From a bacterium (lineage in GTDB: Bacteria; SAR324; XYD2-FULL-50-16), in contig JAVVEA010000001.1 in assembly GCA_032250835.1 (NCBI GenBank), forward strand, positions 480,001 through 544,000: a DNA stretch of 64,000 bases, written 5' to 3'. Below, piece after piece: positions 30,664 to 39,089 of the stretch (within the stretch, counting starts at the first letter, position 1; each line of letters starts with the position of its first letter). The notes under the pieces are model-generated. The model did not search any database. It saw only the letters and a list, made by a program, of their open reading frames with translations, and was not told the origin of the DNA. The position numbers were made by a program, and so were the translations under genes.

Positions 30664-32190
30664 ATGGACAAACCGAATTACCTGCAAGACTACCTCGCCA
30701 CCTTGGGCGGAGCTTCCGCCAATCCTGCTTCAGCGGCTTATTATGCCTCTTTAGATCAGGTTGCCCAGGTCAACCCTTTGGTGGTCCAAGGGATCGTGGG
30801 CGAGTTACGCGACCAGCGCCGCAACCTGAAACTGATCGCCAGCGAAAACTATTCGTCGCTCGCCACGCAGCTGGCTATGGGTAACCTATTGACCGATAAA
30901 TACGCCGAAGGCTTCCCGATGCACCGCTTTTATGCCGGTTGCGATAACGTGGACCTGATCGAAAGCGAAGCGGCCAACAAAGCCAAAGAGCTGTTCGGCG
31001 CCGACCATGCCTATGTTCAGCCCCACTCGGGTGCCGATGCCAACATGGTGGCTTTCACCGCCATCTTGCTAGCCAAGGTGCAGACCCCGGCTTTAGAACG
31101 CCTCAAGGAAAGCAACCCTTCAAATCTTTCACGCGAAGACTGGGAAACAGTCCGCGAAGAAATGCACCGCCAGAAGTTAGTGGCGCTAGATTATTACTCT
31201 GGCGGTCACTTGACCCACGGCTACCGACACAACTTCAGCGCCCAGATGTTCGACGTGGACAACTACTCGGTCGACAAAGCCACCGGCTTGGTGGATTTAG
31301 AGGCCCTACGCGAGCAATTGCACCGGGTCAAACCGCTGATCTTCCTGACCGGATACTCGGCCTATCCCCGCTCGCTCAACTTCCGCAAAATGCGCGAAAT
31401 GGCCGATGAAGTCGGCGCGGTGTTCATGGTAGACATGGCCCACTTTGCGGGTTTGGTGGCCGGTAAGGTCTTTAAGGGCGACTTCGACCCCGTCGCCCAC
31501 GCCCATGTGGTCACCACCACCACCCACAAGACCCTACGCGGCCCCCGGGGCGGCATGGTGCTTTGCAAGGCCGAATTTGCTGAATATGTAGACAAAGGTT
31601 GCCCGGCTATCTTAGGCGGTCCGCTACCGCATATGATGGCGGCTAAAGCGGTTGCCTTTACCGAAGCGCTCAAGCCCGAGTTTTCCAGCTATGCCGCTAA
31701 AATCGTTGAAAACAGCCAAGCCTTTGCTAAGGCTTGTGTGGACTTAGGCATGCCCGTGGCGACCGGTGGAACGGACAACCATTTATTTCTGGTAGACGTA
31801 CAAAAGGGCTTTGGCCTAACCGGACGCCAAGCCGAATCGGCGTTGCGCGAATGCGCCATCACGCTGAACCGCAACAGCCTACCCTTTGACGCCAACGGCC
31901 CTTGGTACACCAGCGGCCTGCGTTTGGGCACCGCCGCGGTGACCACCTTAGGCATGGGGCCCGCGGAGATGCAGACGATCGCCAATATCCTGCACATGGT
32001 CTTGAGCAACCTCAAGCCCGCAATCATTGAAAAAGGTGCCAATCAGGGTAAGCCGAGCAAGGCGAATTATGTCCTAACCGATGGCATCCAAGCAACGGCC
32101 CGCCAGCAGGTCGCTGGATTATTAAACCAATTCCCGCTCTATCCCGAGCTGGACCTGGACTTTTTGCTTAAGCCCTGGGGCTTGAAGTAA
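30664..32190 (+). CDS. glyA: Serine hydroxymethyltransferase (long form)
   Basis: LIASENY, KYAEG, GGHLTHG, TTTTHKTLRGPRGG. Confidence 0.97.
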   Translation: MDKPNYLQDYLATLGGASANPASAAYYASLDQVAQVNPLVVQGIVGELRDQRRNLKLIASENYSSLATQLAMGNLLTDKYAEGFPMHRFYAGCDNVDLIESEAANKAKELFGADHAYVQPHSGADANMVAFTAILLAKVQTPALERLKESNPSNLSREDWETVREEMHRQKLVALDYYSGGHLTHGYRHNFSAQMFDVDNYSVDKATGLVDLEALREQLHRVKPLIFLTGYSAYPRSLNFRKMREMADEVGAVFMVDMAHFAGLVAGKVFKGDFDPVAHAHVVTTTTHKTLRGPRGGMVLCKAEFAEYVDKGCPAILGGPLPHMMAAKAVAFTEALKPEFSSYAAKIVENSQAFAKACVDLGMPVATGGTDNHLFLVDVQKGFGLTGRQAESALRECAITLNRNSLPFDANGPWYTSGLRLGTAAVTTLGMGPAEMQTIANILHMVLSNLKPAIIEKGANQGKPSKANYVLTDGIQATARQQVAGLLNQFPLYPELDLDFLLKPWGLK

Positions 32191-32196
32191 GAAATT

Positions 32197-32226
32197 AAGG
32201 CCCGCCGCAATGGCGGGCCTTTTTTT
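32197..32226 (+). terminator. Rho-independent terminator of glyA
   Basis: AAGGCCCGCC-GCAAT-GGCGGGCCTT followed by a T run. Confidence 0.85.
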
Positions 32227-32618
32227 ACCCCGCCTAAAGATTTTCTACCCAAGGCCCCCCCAAAAACATTCCCCGATATTGCCCAATTTTTTCCTTCTGG
32301 ATTCCACCGACCGGGCAAAATGGGCTTCTTTTTTTCCTTTATCGCGCTAGGCCTGTCCGTTCTGTCTGACAAAACAGGTTCTTTTTAGGGCTAAACCCCT
32401 AGAATGCACCTTCTCTGCGGCCCCTAAATACGGCTATCTAGAGAGGGTAATCCGTAGTAATACCGACCGCAAACAAGCCATGGATCGGGTTTTAGGTAAT
32501 TCTACGAATTGCTATATTAACCAATTTTGACCAAAATTATTCTAGCCTGTACTAGGTCAGTAGTTTACCCTAAGCACCAAGGTTGTCCGACTCCTGCACC
32601 TCCGTCGAGCTCCAAATT

Positions 32619-34367
32619 ATGTTAAAAAAAGCTGAACCCAGTTTAACACCGGAACGCGTCATCAGGCGGGGCCTCAACTACTTCCACAAAGAGGCCTATG
32701 CTGAAGCGAGCCATTACTTCAGCAAGTCCTTCGCCCAACTGAACCCCAAACAAAGCGGCGAGCTCCGCGACCAACTTCAAATCCATTTCAACGCCGCCGT
32801 AAAAGCGCGCCGATGGGCCGAAGCCGCTGCCGTTGGGGTCCCCTTATTCGAGGCTTTTGCCAAGGACTTTGAGTTGGCCAACCGGGTGGGCAATGCCTAC
32901 CGTCGTCAGAATATGACCGACCTAGCGGCGGATTGGTATCAAAAGGCATTAGAGCTCAACCCTCGCTACCTAATGCCCCGCTACAACTTGGCTGCCCTAG
33001 ACGCCCAGGTAGACAAATACGACCACGAAGCCAAGGCCCTCTTGGAGCGTTTTTCTAAGGTACGCGAGTTTTTCTTGCCCGGCTATCTGGGCAGCGAAGA
33101 CCCCATCACCGAACTACGTGCCTCCTTAGAAAAGACCCAACGCACCGAACAGGTCGAGCAGCTCACCGAACAAATCCGCAAAAAGGCGCTTAGCGGCTCC
33201 CTCGAAGAGATTGAAGAGGCGCTTGCGCTTTGCGGTCAAGCCGACGAGTTAGAAACCGCCCCCTTTGAGGCGGGAGTAGCCGAAATGATTGATTGCCTGT
33301 CCAAGCGAGCCCATAGCTGTCTGTTTCTGACCCCGAGCAATCCCGCTTTCCGTACTTTAGAAAGTAACTTGGTCAACCTGGGGCTTTATGCGATGAAGCA
33401 TCAGGAAATCGAGCAGGCCGTTGAAGCCTTGGAGCAGATTAAAGCTAAAGAAAGCAACTACGCCTACTTAGACATGCTGCTGAGCCTCTGCAAAGCGCGC
33501 CAAGGGCGCATGGAGGAAGCGGCCAATGACCTAAAAATCCTGGCTGAAACTCACTCAGAAGACCGCTACATCAACGCAAACTTAGGTTTGCTTTATAAAG
33601 AAATGGGCAATAAGCGCGCTGCAACCCGTTATCTGATGCGCGCTTCGGCTTCCGTAGAAGAGACCGAAGGGATATTTTGCCCCACCGAACTCAAAGAGCG
33701 GGCCTTGCAGTTAAACGCCGATGGTCATTCCGACACCGCCTTAGAGTACCTAACGGTCTCGGTCCAGCACCTACCGAGGGTCGAGACTTGGTTGGCCTTG
33801 GCTTCGGTGAGCTTAGACGCCGGTCAATTGGTGATGGCCGAGGATGCGTTGGTCCAAGCGACCGCCCTCGCCGAAGGACCCAAAGGACCTGACAAAAAGG
33901 TGCTCGAAGAGGCCTGCCGCATCCTGCACAACAAAGCCGACCAACTGCGCCGCGCCAACCGCCTCCCAGAAGCGGCTCAGGCATACGTGCTCTCGGCTAG
34001 GTACTCAAAGGAACTGCCTCAATTTGAGCGGGCCATCAAACTTTTCCGCAATCTCGAAGACAATGCGCAGGCCGGAAAGGTAGAAAAAGAAATGTACGAG
34101 ATGCAGGCACAACTTCTAAAAGACGCCTCTAACAACCGCTTTGACAATTTGATGAGTGAGGGCCGCGAAGCCCTGAGCAACAAAGATTACCAGAAAGCGA
34201 TCACCGCTTTCGAAAACGCCTTAGAGGCCCAACCGGACCGGCAGGCCTTCGGGTATCTGGTTAAAATCTACCAAAAGCTAAACCACAAGCGGGCCCTTAA
34301 CCGGCTGCTGCAAAACTGGAAGTGGATCACAGAAAAGGGACCGGGGTCCGAAGAATTGGCCTCTTAA
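32619..34367 (+). CDS. TPR-repeat protein
   Basis: Multiple TPR motifs (GNAYRR...YQKALELNP; YQKAITAFENALEAQP). Confidence 0.8.
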   Translation: MLKKAEPSLTPERVIRRGLNYFHKEAYAEASHYFSKSFAQLNPKQSGELRDQLQIHFNAAVKARRWAEAAAVGVPLFEAFAKDFELANRVGNAYRRQNMTDLAADWYQKALELNPRYLMPRYNLAALDAQVDKYDHEAKALLERFSKVREFFLPGYLGSEDPITELRASLEKTQRTEQVEQLTEQIRKKALSGSLEEIEEALALCGQADELETAPFEAGVAEMIDCLSKRAHSCLFLTPSNPAFRTLESNLVNLGLYAMKHQEIEQAVEALEQIKAKESNYAYLDMLLSLCKARQGRMEEAANDLKILAETHSEDRYINANLGLLYKEMGNKRAATRYLMRASASVEETEGIFCPTELKERALQLNADGHSDTALEYLTVSVQHLPRVETWLALASVSLDAGQLVMAEDALVQATALAEGPKGPDKKVLEEACRILHNKADQLRRANRLPEAAQAYVLSARYSKELPQFERAIKLFRNLEDNAQAGKVEKEMYEMQAQLLKDASNNRFDNLMSEGREALSNKDYQKAITAFENALEAQPDRQAFGYLVKIYQKLNHKRALNRLLQNWKWITEKGPGSEELAS

Positions 34368-34375
34368 GAATAGGT

Positions 34376-34532
34376 GCTCGGGAGAGGAGGTGGCCGGGCG
34401 GCCGATTCAGGCACTAGGCCCCGCCAGCGAGGCTTGTGCGGTTTTCTGAGTGAAGGCTTCGCCCTGGCGGCATCCCGCACCATGGGGTGCGCTAGTCTAG
34501 CGCGCCGAAGGCTACCGCGCCCTCTCGTGAGC
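34376..34532 (+). ncRNA. Candidate rod-shaped structured RNA (6S-like shape)
   Basis: Nested complementary segments with G-U wobbles on the + strand, in a ~360-nt gap between convergent genes. Confidence 0.35.
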
Positions 34533-34725
34533 CAGAATCCAACGGCCTGCCTTTTAAAAGCTACCCAATCGTTAACTTAAATCCAGCTTAGGCCCATTGC
34601 CCTAGAGCGGGCATAGCCCAAAGCCAGCTTGGCAGCGAAAAACGCTGGTGGGCCCTTATGGGTAAAGCCGTGAGGGATCGGGCTTAAAGGATTTCGCAGC
34701 AATTAGGCCCAGGCGGAGCAAAACG

Positions 34726-36408
34726 CTAAAGCTTGCCTTCTTTTTCCAAGATGGCGTCCATAGCCGGGGCTAGGTTGCGTTGGATGATGCGGATTTGGCC
34801 CTCTTGGCGGCTTAGGTGCTGCACCGAAAAGCGCTCAACTAAAACCAACAGGTTGTAATAGGGCCGCAGTTCCGGCCGAGCGATGGCGTCGGGGCCAAGG
34901 TTGTAGAAATTGGCCCCCATCTCGCTTAAAATCCGTTCGGCCTCAAAGGCCTGGCGGATCAGCAAGAAGCATAACATCACATCACCAAAGAGGTCGGCAA
35001 TCGCCCCACAGTTGACGATGTCTGCCTGGGGATTTTTGCCTTCTTCGGGATCTAAGAGGTCGTTGACCAGCAGAAACAACCCGCCAGCAAAATCCCGGAA
35101 GATCATCACCGCCTCCTTGAGGCCGTCGCTTTTGGCTTCGCTGTCGCCGAAGCGCTCAAACTCACGGAATAGGCTCTTGAAAGCGCGCCCCTCGTTGCGT
35201 TTGAGGACTTTGGTGACCAGTTGTAAAGCCAAGTCCAGATCGGACCCACCGACCAGTCCGGCCACCGTCGAGAGTTCCAAGGGCCCCAACAGGTCTAACT
35301 GGGCCCCGCCGGTCAACTGTAAAGCTTTGTGTAGCATGTTGGGCACATGGCGGCCCGCGTAGACTTTAAAGACCAGCAAAAACAACTCCAGCAGGTCTTC
35401 ATACTCCGCCTGAGCTTCGCCGGTCGCTTCCTTCAAACAATCATGGTAAAAGGCGGTCTGGAGCAAAGCGCCGGTCATCCCTTCGCGGAAGGCCTTCAGC
35501 TCCATCAGAATATCCCCCGCCAAGGGATGGTACAGTAAGGCAACTTCCCGTTCATCTTCGGACATATCCTGGATCAAACGGCTCTGGCCAAAGGCCAAGG
35601 CCGTTTTATAGGCCTTTGAAGCGAGGCATGACTGCAATAATAACAGCTGCATCCGCGCCTTGACAAACAACTGGCTGTCCACGCCGTCTTCAACGTATTC
35701 CAAAAACCGCGCCGGAGCCCGATCCGCAAAGTCCACGTGCGCCGTTCCGGGACCGTAAAGTAAGGGGTCTTGAACCAGCTGAGCCCCTTTACCATCACTC
35801 AAAAACAAAGCCGTGCGGTCGCGGCCTTCTTCGGCCAACTCAGCCAAAACCAAATAAATTCGGGGCAAGTTCAGGTCCGCATCTTGACCAAAGAGGCTAT
35901 TTTTCCGCCCCGTCAGCCAATAACCTTGGGTGTCGCGCCGGGCCAACAGGGTGACCTCTAAGGAGCCCAAGGCAGCGGGGAACCAATCGATGGCCGCCAG
36001 CATCTTGCCTTCGGTCAAGGCCTTGACCATCGGGTCTCCGGCACCCAGCAAGGGCGTTAGATAGTCAACGGCCACTAGGTTTTGTAAGATCGTCAGGTAT
36101 AACTTAGGGTCCAACCGAGCCACTTCGCGTTGGTAGAGCTTGACCAAGCTTAAGGGAAGGCTGGGCGAAAGGGCCTGGATCTGGCCGCCGACTTCTTCAA
36201 AAATCAATTTAAGGCGGTTTTCGGGGCGCTGGTCCTTCAGGTCCGCCATCAGGGCCGATAAATTGCCCATAGCCTGTTCCTGCCAAGACTCTAAATCCTT
36301 TAAGGCTTCATCTAGGTTAAAGCCTTCAAAGGAATGAGAGTGGCCGAGTACCTGTAGGTTTAACAGGCGCTGCAAATGAAATTTTGCCCGTTCTTGTCGT
36401 TCGTTCAT
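34726..36408 (-). CDS. Acyl-CoA dehydrogenase-like protein, degenerate
   Basis: YWLTGRK...IYLVLA, ALAFGQSRLIQ, HPLAGDILMELKA, ALQLTGG follow the ACAD layout; TEPxAGSD and YEGT motifs are absent. Confidence 0.65.
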   Translation of the reverse strand: MNERQERAKFHLQRLLNLQVLGHSHSFEGFNLDEALKDLESWQEQAMGNLSALMADLKDQRPENRLKLIFEEVGGQIQALSPSLPLSLVKLYQREVARLDPKLYLTILQNLVAVDYLTPLLGAGDPMVKALTEGKMLAAIDWFPAALGSLEVTLLARRDTQGYWLTGRKNSLFGQDADLNLPRIYLVLAELAEEGRDRTALFLSDGKGAQLVQDPLLYGPGTAHVDFADRAPARFLEYVEDGVDSQLFVKARMQLLLLQSCLASKAYKTALAFGQSRLIQDMSEDEREVALLYHPLAGDILMELKAFREGMTGALLQTAFYHDCLKEATGEAQAEYEDLLELFLLVFKVYAGRHVPNMLHKALQLTGGAQLDLLGPLELSTVAGLVGGSDLDLALQLVTKVLKRNEGRAFKSLFREFERFGDSEAKSDGLKEAVMIFRDFAGGLFLLVNDLLDPEEGKNPQADIVNCGAIADLFGDVMLCFLLIRQAFEAERILSEMGANFYNLGPDAIARPELRPYYNLLVLVERFSVQHLSRQEGQIRIIQRNLAPAMDAILEKEGKL

Positions 36409-36413
36409 TTGCC

Positions 36414-37085
36414 TTAGGGTTGAGTATTTTCCGCTGCTTTCTTTTCGTTTGCGGCGCGTTCTGCTGCGAGTCTTGCTTCGTCTTCAGGGGTGGGGACGAC
36501 TTTACCCTCTTCCATATCTTTTTTACGCTGAGCCCAAGCGCGGACCGCCTCTTCGGCTTTTCGTTTGGCTTCTTCTTCGGTGCGGCGTTTGCGGGCTTCT
36601 GCCTCGTTCTTTTCGGCTTCCAGGTCCACAAATTTCCCGGCATAGGGAACGCGGATCAGTTGGGTTAAATCAAAACGCCAGCTGCGGTCTTTCTCGCCTT
36701 CTAAGATAGCCGAAAGGACCATGTCTTTTAGCAGCTTTCGAGTCGGGTTGATTTTGTTTTCGAACTCCATGCGCACATGGATCGAGGCGTAGTTGCGGTA
36801 GAGAATGTCTAGACTGCGGATATCTTCGGCCTTGAGGCTAGGTTTCCAGCCCAAATCCACCATCCGCTGGGCGAATTCGCCTTTGCTTAAGCGTTGGCGG
36901 CTGGCCCGTTGGCCCGAGTCGTACATCTCAAAGTAAAGCTCTTCTTTCCACATATCCATCAGGTTTTTAAAATCCTGAAGGATCTGTTTGCGGATGACCC
37001 GGGATTCGTAAGGGTTCGGCTCGGCTAGACCAACAGACCAAGGAAGGCTCAGCAACAAAAGTGTCAAGACTGCGGCAGCTCGCAT
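36414..37085 (-). CDS. Secreted hypothetical protein with charged Ala/Glu-rich tail
   Basis: Signal peptide; coiled C-terminus; co-oriented with its neighbours. Confidence 0.7.
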   Translation of the reverse strand: MRAAAVLTLLLLSLPWSVGLAEPNPYESRVIRKQILQDFKNLMDMWKEELYFEMYDSGQRASRQRLSKGEFAQRMVDLGWKPSLKAEDIRSLDILYRNYASIHVRMEFENKINPTRKLLKDMVLSAILEGEKDRSWRFDLTQLIRVPYAGKFVDLEAEKNEAEARKRRTEEEAKRKAEEAVRAWAQRKKDMEEGKVVPTPEDEARLAAERAANEKKAAENTQP

Positions 37086-37087
37086 CC

Positions 37088-38833
37088 TCACGCCTCTTCT
37101 TTGGGGTCGCTCAGTTCACCTTGGATCTCCTGCTCGAGCTTCTGCCGATGGCTGCCCTCGGTTGGCACCGGTTTGGCGGTTTGCTTAAAAAATGCCTTCT
37201 GGCTTAAAATGAAGGCATCAAAGAACTTGCCCAGCCACTCCTTTTGCTCGGGCTCCATATACTCAAAGGTATAGCCCCGATCGGTCACTTCCCAAAACTT
37301 TTTCGACTTCACCGCCAAGAGGGCGTCACGATAATAAATGAGTTTGTCGACCGTTTCAGAGCTTAAGTCGTCGATCACCATATCGATCAGTTTCTGGTCA
37401 CCGCCCTTAGAGTAGATGTAAGTAGCCAAGATGATTTGGCTTTTGCGGATCGCCTCAAAGGCCAAGAAATCCTTGGTGGCGTCGATGTTGTCTTCTAGGC
37501 TCATAAAAATGGTCAAGAGCCGGTCTAGATTTTCGACCTTTTTTTCAAAGGCCGTAGCCACCAAACTGCCTAAGTCAAAAGAAGCCGTGAGCATCACAAA
37601 CCACAATCCCTGTTGGAGACAGGTTTCACCGTAATATTTAAAGTAAAAGAGAATCTTCGCACTCTCTTCGGGGCTGTAGTCCATGATCGACTCAGCCAGC
37701 AAGCGGTATTGGTAAAAGAGGTTAAAAATGGCGCGGACATTTTTGTCGTTAACCGAAACGCGGATGAAGGTGTTAAAGAACTGCACCACCAGTTCTAGGG
37801 TTACGTCATCTTGGTTGCGGATGGCCTCTTCGCCCAACAAGCGGGTGTTGCGGGCAATGGCACTGACCGCGTCCGGCATGACGCGGATGGAGTTTTTAAA
37901 AATCAACTCCATGTCCATAAAGGCCTTAGCCTCAACCCATTGTTTCTGTTCGCAGATCTCGTCATAAAAAACCCGAGAAATGCCCACAAAATAATCCGGC
38001 GAGATTTGGAACCAAGCCTCGGGTAGGTCGCGCTTGAGTTCCTGGTAATCTAAGACCATTTCGCGGATTTGGTTGAGCGCCATTAGGCCCAAATTCCGGT
38101 CCATCTGGTTGACCGCCGATAAAGCACTGTCGGTAACCTGCTCGATGGCGTTGGCCATCTCCATCTGGTGCTTTTTGAGCTGTTCGGGGTCTTTGGTTTT
38201 TTGGGCCTCTTGCAACGCCTCATAGGCCGAGCGTTGGATGCTGTGCAATAAGTTGGTGGGCGTCAGGAATTTAAATACATAGAGAAAATAAGGTGCCAAC
38301 AGCGACACCTCGGTCTGTACGATCAGCAGCAACACCAATAAGGCCCAACCGGGGTAAAAATCATCCTTCACCCCGAAGGTCAAAAAGACCGCATAGAGCA
38401 CCGTGCAGACCATCAAGGCGAAGTAGGCACGGTTGATTTGGTCTTCTAAGAAGAGATCGATCAGCCGGGTGCCGTAGCGCTGGGCGGCCAATTGGAGTAC
38501 AATGGCAATCACGGTGATCATGATACCCAAAATCGCCACCGTCAGCTCTACGAAAGGACTGACCGAATCGTAGACATGGACCGGATCGGTGCCCAAGAGG
38601 ACCGAAAAAAAGTGCCCAACCGAAGTGGGCCGCAGATCGATCAGCCCTAAGGCCAGATAGACCACCAGAGTGTTGCCGAATAAAAACGCAAAGGGAACGC
38701 CCCAACGCGAGAAAGCCTTAGCAAAGGTTTCGGGCTCTACCAGCGGCTTGCGCTCTGGCCTACGCGCGATCAAGCTGTCAGCGGGAAGGTGCTCGACGGG
38801 CTCGCTGATCCCTTTGGGGTCGAATGTAGACAT
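37088..38833 (-). CDS. DUF2254-like membrane protein
   Basis: IVLQLAAQRYGTRLIDLFL motif; four TMs; long helical cytoplasmic domain. Confidence 0.7.
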   Translation of the reverse strand: MSTFDPKGISEPVEHLPADSLIARRPERKPLVEPETFAKAFSRWGVPFAFLFGNTLVVYLALGLIDLRPTSVGHFFSVLLGTDPVHVYDSVSPFVELTVAILGIMITVIAIVLQLAAQRYGTRLIDLFLEDQINRAYFALMVCTVLYAVFLTFGVKDDFYPGWALLVLLLIVQTEVSLLAPYFLYVFKFLTPTNLLHSIQRSAYEALQEAQKTKDPEQLKKHQMEMANAIEQVTDSALSAVNQMDRNLGLMALNQIREMVLDYQELKRDLPEAWFQISPDYFVGISRVFYDEICEQKQWVEAKAFMDMELIFKNSIRVMPDAVSAIARNTRLLGEEAIRNQDDVTLELVVQFFNTFIRVSVNDKNVRAIFNLFYQYRLLAESIMDYSPEESAKILFYFKYYGETCLQQGLWFVMLTASFDLGSLVATAFEKKVENLDRLLTIFMSLEDNIDATKDFLAFEAIRKSQIILATYIYSKGGDQKLIDMVIDDLSSETVDKLIYYRDALLAVKSKKFWEVTDRGYTFEYMEPEQKEWLGKFFDAFILSQKAFFKQTAKPVPTEGSHRQKLEQEIQGELSDPKEEA

Positions 38834-38873
38834 TGGGTTGTTCAACAGTTGGTTTTCGCCTATAGTCTACCGC

Positions 38874-39089
38874 TTAGGGCTGATAGTCTGGCAGGATCTC
38901 CCAGTACTTGATGGCCCTAAAATTCACCACCTTGCCCGAAAGGAGCCCAAGATGTTCCACCGTATGCCAACGGACTTGATCAATCAAGTATTCTCCGTCG
39001 GGAAAAGAGATTTTCAAAAACCATCGTTCAGCCACTGCTTTGCTCAGCAGCATGCGGTCGTGGGGAACTTCGCCTTGTTTTCGGGTCAT
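38874..39089 (-). CDS. 71-aa Sm/Hfq-like protein
   Basis: Helix then LKISFPDGEYLIDQVRW...LGLL...VVNFRAIKY, matching Sm1/Sm2 spacing. Confidence 0.55.
   Translation of the reverse strand: MTRKQGEVPHDRMLLSKAVAERWFLKISFPDGEYLIDQVRWHTVEHLGLLSGKVVNFRAIKYWEILPDYQP

Noticed and set aside
32230-32580. Long intergenic region as a c-di-GMP riboswitch
   Set aside because: No recognisable GEMM tetraloop/receptor arrangement or convincing stems
34374-34580. 68-aa ORF in the intergenic gap
   Set aside because: No clear RBS and Arg/Gly-rich composition; RNA structure explains the region better
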